Shown: positions 1 through 9,395 of the stretch, in pieces
Layout of the letters: the number at the start of each line of letters is the position of its first letter
How positions within the stretch are numbered: position 1 is the first letter of the stretch
Assembly (NCBI GenBank): GCA_051439425.1
Contig: JBFRWD010000063.1
Coordinates: 1 to 31,706, forward strand
DNA: 31,706 nt
Direction: 5' to 3'
Origin: Synechococcus sp.
GTDB taxonomy: Bacteria; Cyanobacteriota; Cyanobacteriia; Thermostichales; PCC-7336
Position numbers and translations under genes: made by a program
The notes under the pieces: model-generated
The model's database searches: none
Seen by the model: the letters and a program-made list of their open reading frames with translations, nothing else
Told to the model about the DNA's origin: nothing

Positions 1-1
1 C

Positions 2-325
2 GATATTGCGATGGTGCCGGGGGCGCTGACGCCGACGGAGATCGGTACGGCTTGGCGGGCTGGGGCAACGGCTGTGAAGGTGTTTCCGATTCAGTCGGTG
101 GGGGGAGCGCAGTATCTCAAGGCGTTAAAAGGGCCGATGGGGTATGTTCCGTTGATTCCGACGGGGGGAGTGACTTGTGATAATGCTCGGTCGTTTTTGG
201 AGGCGGGGGCGATCGCGATCGGGTTGGCCACCCATTTGTTTCCGAAAGACTTGGTTAGAGAGCAGAACTGGTTGGCGATCGAAGGTTCAATTCGCTTGTT
301 TCTAGAGAAAGTTAGTCGAAGGTAA
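2..325 (+). CDS. eda: KDPG/KHG aldolase, 3' part (gene starts before the window)
   Basis: Motifs PGALTPTEI, VKVFP (Schiff-base Lys), GG..YLKALKGP and IPTGGV are typical of Eda. The frame is open to the window edge. Confidence 0.9.
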   Translation, partial: DIAMVPGALTPTEIGTAWRAGATAVKVFPIQSVGGAQYLKALKGPMGYVPLIPTGGVTCDNARSFLEAGAIAIGLATHLFPKDLVREQNWLAIEGSIRLFLEKVSRR

Positions 326-391
326 AGGTGTCTTGTTTTTTCGGGATATCTGTGAGGAAAATGTTGTCTATCGGGATGTGGGCATTAGGTT

Positions 392-2344
392 GTGTCGAAG
401 CTGTTTGTTAGTTACAGCCGTCAGGATGAAGCGCTCGCCGCAACCTTGATCGATGATTTAAAAACGCTTGGACATACTGTTTGGTTTGATCGGGAGCTGA
501 GTGGAGGCCAAGCCTGGTGGGATCGCATTCTGACTAACATTCGCGAATGCGAAGTGTTTGTATTTGTGTTGAGTGAGAACTCTCAAAGCTCCACTGCTTG
601 TAAGCGCGAATATAGGTATGCCGATGCGCTGAGGAAGCCCATCTTACCAGTATTGCTGGCAGACGGGATTAACGTTAACTTGTTACCTCCTGCTCTCGCA
701 AAAGTTCAATATGCAGACTATCGGAAGCGTGACAGTACAACAGCGCTTCTCCTCGCCAGAGCATTCATTACGCTGTCACCCCCTAGTCCGTTACCCGATC
801 CGTTGCCCGATCCGCCCAGCGCACCGATTTCTCACCTTGGCGGCCTGCTGGAGCAAATCGAATCGTCTGCCAACTTGAGTTTAGAAGCTCAAAGTGTTTT
901 GTTGCTCGATCTGAAAAGGGGGTTGCACGACTCTAGAACCCGCACAGATACCTTGATTTTGTTGGATAAATTCAAGAACCGGCGCGACATCTATGCCAGC
1001 ATTTTCGATGAAATTCATGACTTACTTGAATCCTTTTGTGAAGAGGCAGCGGAGACACAGGAGCAAATCACTCGAACTGCTGCCCAACCCGCCCAACCCT
1101 CCGATAATTCACCAGACCAAGCCAAACCAAACCAACCTCTGAGTGAGCCTATTCCTCCCGTTCCAGAAGCTGTTGCAGATTCGCTGCCTGAACTTCGAAT
1201 GTCGTCTGTAACGTCCGAACGAGCGCCTTCCACCCAGTCGATTGGCAAACCTATCGGGACTACACGGCAACCGCCGAGGGTCTTGAAGCAGAACGAGCCA
1301 ACACAACCCCCTGTGCTGCCTGTTCCACCACGAAAAGAATTTTCCAGTGCATCAGAAACTGAACCTGCTGGTGAGAGCGAAACTGGCCAGCCAACATCTT
1401 TGCCAGCGAGCAACCTTTCGAGACGTCGGGTTCTAAAATTGCTGGGATTTGTTGTTGGAGGAGGATTGGGAACTGCCTGGTTGGTAGAAGCTCTGCGTCC
1501 CAAGAAAGTTGAGTATACGGTGGTTACGGTTGACGAGGAGGGCAATAGAAATGAGCCAGAGCCACGGCAAAACAAATATCGCAGCGTCGATTTGGGTAAT
1601 GGAATACAGATGGGAATGGTGAATATCCCGGAGGGTAATTTTTTGATGGGGTCGCCAGAATCTGAGGAGGGCCATAACAATAACAATAACGAGGGGCCTC
1701 AACGGGATGTGATGGTGCCGTCTTTTTGGATAGGGCAGTTTCAAGTCACACAAGCTCAATGGCAGGCTGTAGTTGAATTACCCAAAGTCGAACACGACTT
1801 GGATTCCGCTCCTTCACACTTTAAAGGTGACGAACTCCCCGCTGAACAGATTAATTGGTGGGAGGCTACAGAGTTTTGCAATCGCTTGAGCGCAGCAACT
1901 GGCCGCACCTATCGCTTGCCCAGCGAAGCGGAATGGGAATATGCCTGTCGGGCGGGGACAACCACACCGTTTCATTTTGGCGAGACGATTACAACCGACC
2001 TGGCGAACTACAAGGGCAATTACACCTTCGCTTCTGAGCCGACAGGCGTGGGTCGCCAACAAACCACCCCTGTCGGGAGCTTTGGGGTGGCCAATGAGTT
2101 TGGGCTCTACGACATGCACGGCAACGTGTGGGAGTGGTGTGAGGATGCCTGGCATGAAAATTACGATGGCGCGCCCCTAGGGGGAACCCCCTGGATAGAA
2201 GGAGGAGATAGTAGTAGAAGGGTGGTGCGCGGTGGATCTTGGGTCAACTATCCTAGGAACTGTCGCTCGGCTCGCCGTGCCTGGTTCGACTCGGACGACG
2301 GGGACGACTTCATCGGCTTCCGTGTGGTGTGTTCCTCGGCGTGA
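392..2344 (+). CDS. TIR-domain / Pro-rich linker / TM / FGE-sulfatase (SUMF1, CLec-fold) multidomain protein
   Basis: N-terminal LFVSYSRQD...VWFDREL..G..WW..I...I..C..FVFVLS..S..S..CKRE is TIR_2-like. A hydrophobic stretch follows RRRVLK. C-terminal FLMGS, RLPSEAEWEYACRAG, NEFGLYDMHGNVWEW, RGGSW and GFRVV are FGE-sulfatase motifs. GTG start. Confidence 0.9.
   Translation: MSKLFVSYSRQDEALAATLIDDLKTLGHTVWFDRELSGGQAWWDRILTNIRECEVFVFVLSENSQSSTACKREYRYADALRKPILPVLLADGINVNLLPPALAKVQYADYRKRDSTTALLLARAFITLSPPSPLPDPLPDPPSAPISHLGGLLEQIESSANLSLEAQSVLLLDLKRGLHDSRTRTDTLILLDKFKNRRDIYASIFDEIHDLLESFCEEAAETQEQITRTAAQPAQPSDNSPDQAKPNQPLSEPIPPVPEAVADSLPELRMSSVTSERAPSTQSIGKPIGTTRQPPRVLKQNEPTQPPVLPVPPRKEFSSASETEPAGESETGQPTSLPASNLSRRRVLKLLGFVVGGGLGTAWLVEALRPKKVEYTVVTVDEEGNRNEPEPRQNKYRSVDLGNGIQMGMVNIPEGNFLMGSPESEEGHNNNNNEGPQRDVMVPSFWIGQFQVTQAQWQAVVELPKVEHDLDSAPSHFKGDELPAEQINWWEATEFCNRLSAATGRTYRLPSEAEWEYACRAGTTTPFHFGETITTDLANYKGNYTFASEPTGVGRQQTTPVGSFGVANEFGLYDMHGNVWEWCEDAWHENYDGAPLGGTPWIEGGDSSRRVVRGGSWVNYPRNCRSARRAWFDSDDGDDFIGFRVVCSSA
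2228..2344 (+). other. Candidate DGR variable region (VR) at the 3' end of the FGE/CLec domain
   Basis: Between the invariant RGGSW and GFRVV codons, the non-conserved positions are mostly NNC/NNT/NGG codons (GTC AAC TAT..AGG AAC..CGC..GCC TGG TTC GAC..GAC GAC GGG GAC GAC TTC). This is what adenine mutagenesis of AAC/AAT/AGG template codons would give. Confidence 0.5.
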
Positions 2345-2528
2345 TTCTCCTTCCCTTTATTTTCTAACCCTGTAACCCTTTACACTCGACTTTATTCACT
2401 CAAAATAATTCGAACGGGGTTTAGATCGCCCATAAACGAGCTTCCCATTATTTAAAAAGCCTACGATTTAGCTAACCGCTTTACTTCTCTCCGGTGAATT
2501 CTATCCACTTCAACAGCCAGTCAGTAAA

Positions 2529-3515
2529 TCATCCAGCCGCCGCACGCGAGTCGAGAAAGACTCCCATTGTGCGGAATTTTTGATATCGCTCTTCCCGGAG
2601 TTCTCGGCCACTCATCGCCGATAGTTCGTTTAAGTGGCGAGACCAGGCCTTCTTCAAGGCATCGGCCGCTGTCAGTGGAGACTGATGAGCACCTCCAATA
2701 GGTTCCGGCAAAATCTCGTCAATAATGCCCATCCCTAACAGGTCTTTAGCCGTAATCTTGAGAGCTTCTGCCGCCCGAGAAGCCTTACTGGCATCCTTCC
2801 ACAAAATTGCCGCGCAACCCTCGGGAGAAATCACCGAATAAACCGAATGCTCGAACATAAGCACGCGATTGCCCACACCAATCGCCAGGGCACCACCAGA
2901 GCCCCCTTCGCCAATAATCGTGCAGATGACCGGCACTTCCACTTCAAACAACTCGCGTAAGTTAACGGCGATCGCCTCCCCCTGACCGCATTCTTCCGCC
3001 TCGATGCCCGGATAGGCCCCCGGAGTGTCGATCAATGTCAGGATAGGGAGCCGAAAGCGATTGGCATGTCGAATCAGTCGCAAAGCCTTCCGGTATCCGG
3101 CTGGATTGGGCATACCGAAATTACGCAACACGTTGTCTTTGGTGTCGCGCCCTTTTTGATGACCCATCACCACCACCGGACGGTTCTCCAAACGAGCCAA
3201 ACCCACAACCAAAGCCCGATCGTCGCAACCGTGGCGATCGCCGTGCATTTCGAACCAGTCGTCACAGATGGTCTGGATGTAGTCAAGGGTGCTGGGGCGG
3301 CGGGGATGACGAGCCACCTGCAATCGCTGAGCGGGGGTGAGTCGTAGAAAAATTTCCTTCCGTAATTCAGCCGCCCGCTGTTCTAATTCGCGGATCTGAT
3401 CGCTGGCCTCTAACTCGTTCTCGTCTGCCAGAGAGCGAATTTCTTCGATGCGCTGTTCGAGATCGGCAACGGGCTTCTCAAAACTCAGCAACATGCGATC
3501 GGATGCCTTGGCCAT
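2529..3515 (-). CDS. accA: Acetyl-CoA carboxylase carboxyltransferase alpha subunit
   Basis: Motifs [43 protein letters not shown] and [14 protein letters not shown]. Confidence 0.98.
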   Translation of the reverse strand: MAKASDRMLLSFEKPVADLEQRIEEIRSLADENELEASDQIRELEQRAAELRKEIFLRLTPAQRLQVARHPRRPSTLDYIQTICDDWFEMHGDRHGCDDRALVVGLARLENRPVVVMGHQKGRDTKDNVLRNFGMPNPAGYRKALRLIRHANRFRLPILTLIDTPGAYPGIEAEECGQGEAIAVNLRELFEVEVPVICTIIGEGGSGGALAIGVGNRVLMFEHSVYSVISPEGCAAILWKDASKASRAAEALKITAKDLLGMGIIDEILPEPIGGAHQSPLTAADALKKAWSRHLNELSAMSGRELREERYQKFRTMGVFLDSRAAAG

Positions 3516-3700
3516 GTGTTCTTACTGGTAACTCTCGTAATGGGTAGCTGGCGAGACGGGTAACTCTAACTCTGGTAATGGTCGGCTACATCGGGCTCTT
3601 TATTCTCTCAGGTTGAGGCGATCGCTGTCACCTCCAATGGGGTTTGGCTGTGCCAGATAATTGAAATGACAATCAGCGTCTATCAGATAAGCCTGCAATC

Positions 3701-3976
3701 ATGACCGAGATCGTCGTCACTCACCAACCCTCCGCCGACACCCTAACCGAGCTAGGAGTCACCGATTGGCCCATCTGGACCAAAGATGCCTCCGAGTTTC
3801 CCTGGACGTACGGAGAATCCGAAACCTGCTACTTTCTGGCCGGTGAAGTGATTGTCACCCCAGACGGTGGCGACCCGGTTTCGATGGGAGAAGGCGACCT
3901 GGTGACGTTCCCCGCTGGGATGAGCTGCACTTGGAAGATTGTTAAGGATGTGAGAAAGCACTATTGCTTCGGTTAA
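3701..3976 (+). CDS. Cupin superfamily protein (DUF861/Cupin_3-like)
   Basis: LGV..WPIW.K..SEFPWTY...ETCYFLAG.V.VTP.GG.PV....GDLVTFPAGMSCTW...VRKHY. Confidence 0.9.
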   Translation: MTEIVVTHQPSADTLTELGVTDWPIWTKDASEFPWTYGESETCYFLAGEVIVTPDGGDPVSMGEGDLVTFPAGMSCTWKIVKDVRKHYCFG

Positions 3977-4039
3977 ACTCAGCTCTGACTTTTGGCGATC
4001 GCGACGAACGACTAAAAACTTGCATCTAGAATCTTGTTT

Positions 4040-4107
4040 CCTAAAATCTGCACCCTTAAAGTCGCTTGCGTCAGACGCAGGATTTCTTAAGGGGCAGGAT
4101 TTGGAGG
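4040..4107. repeat. Long imperfect palindrome (~68 bp)
   Basis: Arms AAATCTGCACCCTTAA and TTAAGGGGCAGGATTT flank a central TGCGTC-A-GACGCA. Confidence 0.6.
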
Positions 4108-4181
4108 CTTGACCTCAAATTGTTTTTTGCCGTAGACCATCGCCAGAGCAGAACCACAGAGTTGCGAGTGAGGAAGAGTGC

Positions 4182-5990
4182 ATGCGGCGATTTTCCGATT
4201 GGTTAGCACCCATTGGGTTAACCGCTATTGCCGTTGGATTGGCCCTGTTAATAGCGGGGCAAGGCTCGATTCCAATCACCACCGTGTTATTGGTGGCAGG
4301 CTTACTGCTGGTGCTGCTATGGGTCTTCACCCATCTCGATCGCCTGCGCTCGTTTATAGGGCTGCGCTCTACCCAAAGCAACCTCAACGCGATCGTCTCG
4401 GTTCTGGCTGTAGCGGTTATTCTGATTATCCTTAACGTTGTGGCGACCCGCTATTCTGCGCAGCTCGATCTGAGCGAAGCCCAACTATTTACCCTGGCCC
4501 CCCAAACCCAAACCGTTATGGAGGGGCTGCCATCCCAGGTGGAGGTGACGGTATTCAGTGGAGGTACCGTTCCGGAGATTCGCGATCGGTTAGAGCAGTT
4601 TCGTCGGCTCAATCCAGAACGGTTTTCCTTCCAGTTCGTCGATCCCGACAGCAACCCCGGACTGGCCCGTCAGCTCAACCTCAATGCTCGGGAATCCATT
4701 GTGGTGCAAGCCGGCGATCGCTCCGAACAATTTCCCATACCTGCCCCCTCCACTCTAGAGCGAGTCCTGACTCCCACGCTGGTGCAGTTGACCAATACCG
4801 AGCAAAGAACTATTTACTTCGTGCAGGGGCATGGTGAATTGCCACTGCAGCCACAGGAAAACGCTGCTGCAATGTCGCAGGCGATCGGCGCACTAGAAGA
4901 AGACGGGTTTACCGTCGCTCCTCTCAACCTAATTGAACTCGGAGCTGTTCCCGACGATGCTTCGGTTGTGGTCATTGCCGCCCCCGAAACTCCTTGGCTA
5001 GCGTCCGAGATCCGGCGCTTGCAAACTTATTTGAATGCAGGTGGGCGAGCCTTGTTGTTGGTCAATCCCATTGCTACACCGGGGCTTGACGCACTGTATG
5101 AAGACTGGGGATTGCAATTAGTCAACGATCTGGTGGTGGATGTCAATCAAATCAGTCGAGAATTTGGCCAGGGGCCTTACATTCCCCTCGTCACCCGCTA
5201 TGGAGACCACCCCATCACCACTCCACTCGCCGATAAAAATTTAGCCAGTTTCTTTCCGTTGGCTCGTTCGCTCTCCGCAGCCGATGACTCGATGGCCACC
5301 GCATTACTGATTAGTAGCGATCGCAGTTGGGGCGAAGTTAGTTTAGACGATCCGAATGTTGAGTTTGACCCAGACAGCGATATTCAAGGCCCACTTACAT
5401 TAGGACTAGCATTTACACGACCAGCAACCGAGGCTGTGGCTCAATTGGAAGAGTCGCAGGCAGATGAGACAGAACCGGTCGAAGAAACCGAAGCTTCAGA
5501 AGATTTGGGTACCACGGATGAAGTCTCTGCTGCCGAAGCAACTGAAGGTACAAGCTTAGAGGACACAAGCACTCAGGCTGAGAATTCAGCTGAAGGTCCA
5601 GGTGACGCCAGCGATCCTCCTGAGGAGGTGGCCCTCGACACTGCCCCGTCTGAATTGGATGAATCCGAAACCACCGATCCGGCAATACCTTCTGGAGAAG
5701 ATGATTCTGAGGACATCGCGGCAGCAGAATCTCGATTGGTGGTTATTGGCAATTCTCAGTTTGTTGCTGACGGAAACTTTAGCGAGCTAGGCAACGGCGA
5801 CCTATTTTTGAACTCGATTAACTGGCTTTCCAACCGCGCGGAAGCCATCACTATCCGCCCCAAATCCCCCACAAACCGTCGATTTACCATCAGTCCTGCG
5901 GGGTTGCAGTGGCTGCGTCTCCTCTCCGTCATTCTGCTCCCAGCCGGTGCCCTTTCGTTTGGCGCGGCGCAGTGGTGGAAACGTCGCTAA
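4182..5990 (+). CDS. GldG-like / ABC-type uncharacterised transport system auxiliary component
   Basis: Three N-terminal TM segments, DLS...FTLAPQT, FVDPD..P.LA, IYFVQGHGE, HPIT, RLVVIGNS.F, N.DLFLNSINWL and a C-terminal TM ending WWKRR. Confidence 0.85.
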   Translation: MRRFSDWLAPIGLTAIAVGLALLIAGQGSIPITTVLLVAGLLLVLLWVFTHLDRLRSFIGLRSTQSNLNAIVSVLAVAVILIILNVVATRYSAQLDLSEAQLFTLAPQTQTVMEGLPSQVEVTVFSGGTVPEIRDRLEQFRRLNPERFSFQFVDPDSNPGLARQLNLNARESIVVQAGDRSEQFPIPAPSTLERVLTPTLVQLTNTEQRTIYFVQGHGELPLQPQENAAAMSQAIGALEEDGFTVAPLNLIELGAVPDDASVVVIAAPETPWLASEIRRLQTYLNAGGRALLLVNPIATPGLDALYEDWGLQLVNDLVVDVNQISREFGQGPYIPLVTRYGDHPITTPLADKNLASFFPLARSLSAADDSMATALLISSDRSWGEVSLDDPNVEFDPDSDIQGPLTLGLAFTRPATEAVAQLEESQADETEPVEETEASEDLGTTDEVSAAEATEGTSLEDTSTQAENSAEGPGDASDPPEEVALDTAPSELDESETTDPAIPSGEDDSEDIAAAESRLVVIGNSQFVADGNFSELGNGDLFLNSINWLSNRAEAITIRPKSPTNRRFTISPAGLQWLRLLSVILLPAGALSFGAAQWWKRR

Positions 5991-6106
5991 GGCGATCGCA
6001 TGGGCCCCGCCCCTTTGGAAAGCAAGCTACTGGGGGTAAAAAGACTGCTCTGGGCGCGGTGACATTAATGCAGGGGTGAATGAAGTCCAAGGCAGGAGGA
6101 GATCTG

Positions 6107-7477
6107 ATGAAACGCAACACAGCTATTCTGGTGGGCATTGCCCTGATTGGTGGCCTGGGAGTCGCCATTATCGAGCTAGGGCCACAGCGAGTGCGCCAAG
6201 AGCAACAAGCGCAAGATCGACAGTTGCTAACCTTCGCCGCCGATGATGTGACCGGGTTAGATATCGAGGAGGGAAATCTGTCGGCGTCTCTGGCCAAAGA
6301 GGACAGTGGCCACTGGCAGTTGGTGCAACCCGTTGAAGCCCCTGCAGAATCGGTTGTGGTGCAATCCATTGTCGCGACATTGACGTCTGCCGAAGCACCA
6401 GCCATCGCAACCGATGACAACTCTCCCCAAACTCCAGACAATCTAGATGCCTTTGGACTATCCGCCCCTAAGCAAACTATTGTCATTCGCCATGCCGATG
6501 GCACCGCAACTGTTCGAGTAGGGGGACTGACATTTGATGACTCCGGGCAGTTTTTGCAAGTGGATGATGGCCCGATTCGGGTACTGGATGTGTCTCTCAC
6601 ATCGCAACTCTCCACCAGCCTATTTGCCTTGCGCGACAAAAGCTTAGTGGATTGGACACCAGAAGACGTGCTGGCTCTGACGATTAGCAGCCCGGAGGAA
6701 ACTGTTGAACTGGAGAACGAGGACGGCAACTGGCAACTGAGCGATCGCCCAGGGGTACTGTTGAGCGACCCAGATATCGCCGATACCCTCTCCCAATCGC
6801 AATACCTACAAGCCAGTCAGTTTATTGCCGAAACCAAAGACGATTTAGCCAACTACGGACTAGAGGTTCCTACCTTACAAATTGCAGCCACCCTCTCCGA
6901 CGGCAGCACCCAAACCATTGCCATTGGGGAGCCAGTAGAAAGCACTCCAACCGCTCTCCACGCGATGTCTAGCCAGCGGAATGGGGTTGTGGCGATCGAG
7001 GCATCCAATCTCGAAGCGATCGCCACGACCGAATTGGAACTGCGCGATCGCAGTCTGGGACCATTATCCCCGGCCTTGATTGGCGAAATTGCGATCGCTT
7101 CTGCCGAGTCCCCAGCCATCACTCTCTCCCCTTCCACAGCTCCCGACACCACCCCCGACCAATGGGAGATTGCCGGTCAATCTGGCCAAACCGTTGCCAT
7201 TGAAGAATTCCTGATTCCGCTGCAAGACGCCCGCGCCAATGGCTTTTTGCCTGCAGACGATCCCACCGCAAGTCAACTGCTGGACGGGCCATCCATCACC
7301 ATCCAGATCGCACCCACCGACGGTGTTGCCAACGATCCACTGACCCTCGAATTTGCAGCCGGTGACGAAGTCCTTTACGTGCGCACCAGCCATATACCCG
7401 GTGAAATTCTCATCCTCGATCGCCAGTTTTTCGATTTGCTGACAGCAGCGATCGGCACGCTCGATTCCTCGACGTAA
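6107..7477 (+). CDS. DUF4340 domain protein
   Basis: N-terminal membrane anchor and repeated W.L..P / L..FGL..P / LRDK(R)SL units. It follows the GldG-like gene, as is typical. ATG at 6107 has AGGAGGA upstream; an alternative start is at 6080. Confidence 0.8.
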   Translation: MKRNTAILVGIALIGGLGVAIIELGPQRVRQEQQAQDRQLLTFAADDVTGLDIEEGNLSASLAKEDSGHWQLVQPVEAPAESVVVQSIVATLTSAEAPAIATDDNSPQTPDNLDAFGLSAPKQTIVIRHADGTATVRVGGLTFDDSGQFLQVDDGPIRVLDVSLTSQLSTSLFALRDKSLVDWTPEDVLALTISSPEETVELENEDGNWQLSDRPGVLLSDPDIADTLSQSQYLQASQFIAETKDDLANYGLEVPTLQIAATLSDGSTQTIAIGEPVESTPTALHAMSSQRNGVVAIEASNLEAIATTELELRDRSLGPLSPALIGEIAIASAESPAITLSPSTAPDTTPDQWEIAGQSGQTVAIEEFLIPLQDARANGFLPADDPTASQLLDGPSITIQIAPTDGVANDPLTLEFAAGDEVLYVRTSHIPGEILILDRQFFDLLTAAIGTLDSST

Positions 7478-7500
7478 GTGTCTAGCCTCAGACCACGTGG

Positions 7501-7555
7501 CTTCAGCCTGACTGCGATCGAAACCTCTGTCCTAACTGAAATGGCAAATATTTAG
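7501..7555 (-). repeat. Dispersed repeat family 1, partial copy
   Basis: The reverse complement, ATTTGCCATTTCAGTTAGGACAGAGGTTTCGATCGCAGTCAGGCTGAA, matches the 5' half of the copies at 11034, 17716 and 25183. Confidence 0.75.
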
Positions 7556-7560
7556 TGCGC

Positions 7561-7657
7561 TAGGTAACCCGCTACGGAGAAGTCTCCAATCATTTCGCCT
7601 TGTAGACTAAGCCTTTGAGCTGTCTCCCGACTTTAGGCCTGATAGCGGATTGCTATA
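7561..7657 (-). repeat. Dispersed repeat family 2 (MITE-like, 97 bp)
   Basis: The reverse complement aligns without gaps to 23963-24059 (62/97 identities by manual count, first 14 nt identical). It has imperfect terminal inverted repeats. Confidence 0.75.
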
Positions 7658-8024
7658 TTCCCTGGAGCAGGCATCCTGCGGGGATGTTGGACCCTAGCAC
7701 GGTAGCGAACCTGTGTTGATACGTAGCATTGAGCAACATAAATTTCCTTCGAAAGTGCTCTGGGCTACCGTTTTCAGGTTTCAGGGCATGTTAACAACAC
7801 CTTTGTAAAGCCCCTCCACAATGCAACTTTATTGTGTGTGGTTGCAATCTGGATTGAGTTCCACAACACCAGCGATGACTCTCCCTCTGGGAACGATCGC
7901 GATGGCAGCTATAACCAAGCTGCCGTTTAGCTAGCAGGCTTCGTGGAGCCGACTAGGACCTTTGCACGCCTGATGCGTTATCTAACGCGATCTCCACTCG
8001 CCGTCTCCACTTCGTTACCCCTCT

Positions 8025-9395
8025 ATGACGCCGCTGAGCCTTTTCTCTCGAACGATTACTTGTTTTTCCATTCTTGTCGCCACCCTTACGACTCCTTCGC
8101 TGACAACACCTGTCCTCGCCAATGAATCCGAGGATGCGCAAGCACTCGTGGATAATGTTGTGCGATTGATCGACAATCAGCATCTCGACAGCCCTGCTCT
8201 ACCTGCCGCGTGGGAGCGCCAGCGGGAACAACTGCTCTCCCGCACCTATACCGATGAAACAGAAGCCCGAGCTCACATCGCCCGGGCTTTGGAATATCTA
8301 AACGATCCATACACTTATTTGCTATCACCTTCCGAGTTTGAAGCAATGCAGGATAGCGTAGCTGGGGATGCTGCATGTATCGGCATTCGCTTGGTGCTAG
8401 GTTCGCGAGGTGCGCCCACCGTTTCAGCCCCTCCTTTACTGGGATCACCAGCGTTTTACTCGGGAATCCAACAGGGAGACGTCATCGTGGCTGTCGATGG
8501 CAGGAATAGCGAAGCATGGACTCCCGGGCAAACGTTGCAGCACATTCAGGGACGTGAAAACAGCACCGTTCAACTGACGTTGATGCGGAATAGCCAACGC
8601 ATTGAGGTTGAGGTCGTTCGGACAAACTTGTCCCAGCCATCAGTGACCTATTCGGTGCGCAGTTACCAAGACGAGAGTAACCGCGAGCGACAGGTGGGCT
8701 ATATCAGGCTGGCTCGGTTCGACGATCGTGCCGCTGAAGATATGAAGGCGGCCATAGTTGAACTGGAATCTCGATCGGTTGATGGCTACGTACTCGATCT
8801 ACGCTCCAATCCGGGGGGACTATTAGGGGCAGGGACAGCGATCGCCGAATTGTTTTTAGATGGAGAAGCGATCGTTACCGTGCAGGATCGCGACAGGGTC
8901 CGCAGAATAGTCGACCGAAAAGCTCCCATGACGAGTAAACCATTAACGCTACTAGTGGATGGGGGATCTGCTAGCTCCAGTGAAGTATTAGCCGGTGCCC
9001 TGCGCGATGCAGAGCGGGCAACTCTAGTAGGAACTCGAACCTTCGGGAAGGGGGTAGTGCAAACACTGTACGTACTGCCAGACGATTCCAGTCTGGCCAT
9101 CTCTACGGCCAACTACCGCACACCAAACGGTCACAACTTGCATGGTGTTGGGTTGCATCCTGACGTGACTGTCGCGATTACCAATACCGAATTTGCTATG
9201 CTGGCTCAGCACGATCCTCAATACAGCGCGGCAGTTGACTCCCTATTTGGCCAATCCCCCTCATCTCCCACAACTCCAGGAACCGGTCTCGCTGAATTGG
9301 CCCGAGAGGCTGTAGGCATGGATGCTGAAAGCAGTCCTGCGCCTGTGGATGTGGCAACGACAGCGATGGTTCCCTTACCCCTACCATCTGAGTAA
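8025..9395 (+). CDS. C-terminal processing peptidase, S41 family (CtpA/Prc-like) with signal peptide and PDZ domain
   Basis: LNDPYT, PDZ domain (SPA...GI..GD.IVAVDG), GYIRL..F, DLRSNPGGLL, SASSSE (catalytic Ser), GTRTFGKG (catalytic Lys) and G..PD. Confidence 0.93.
   Translation: MTPLSLFSRTITCFSILVATLTTPSLTTPVLANESEDAQALVDNVVRLIDNQHLDSPALPAAWERQREQLLSRTYTDETEARAHIARALEYLNDPYTYLLSPSEFEAMQDSVAGDAACIGIRLVLGSRGAPTVSAPPLLGSPAFYSGIQQGDVIVAVDGRNSEAWTPGQTLQHIQGRENSTVQLTLMRNSQRIEVEVVRTNLSQPSVTYSVRSYQDESNRERQVGYIRLARFDDRAAEDMKAAIVELESRSVDGYVLDLRSNPGGLLGAGTAIAELFLDGEAIVTVQDRDRVRRIVDRKAPMTSKPLTLLVDGGSASSSEVLAGALRDAERATLVGTRTFGKGVVQTLYVLPDDSSLAISTANYRTPNGHNLHGVGLHPDVTVAITNTEFAMLAQHDPQYSAAVDSLFGQSPSSPTTPGTGLAELAREAVGMDAESSPAPVDVATTAMVPLPLPSE

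Noticed and set aside
1015..1686. 223-aa minus-strand ORF
   Set aside because: Antisense to the low-complexity linker of the TIR-FGE gene, with no domain features.
5929..6729. 266-aa minus-strand ORF
   Set aside because: Antisense shadow of the DUF4340 gene, Ser-rich and without motifs.
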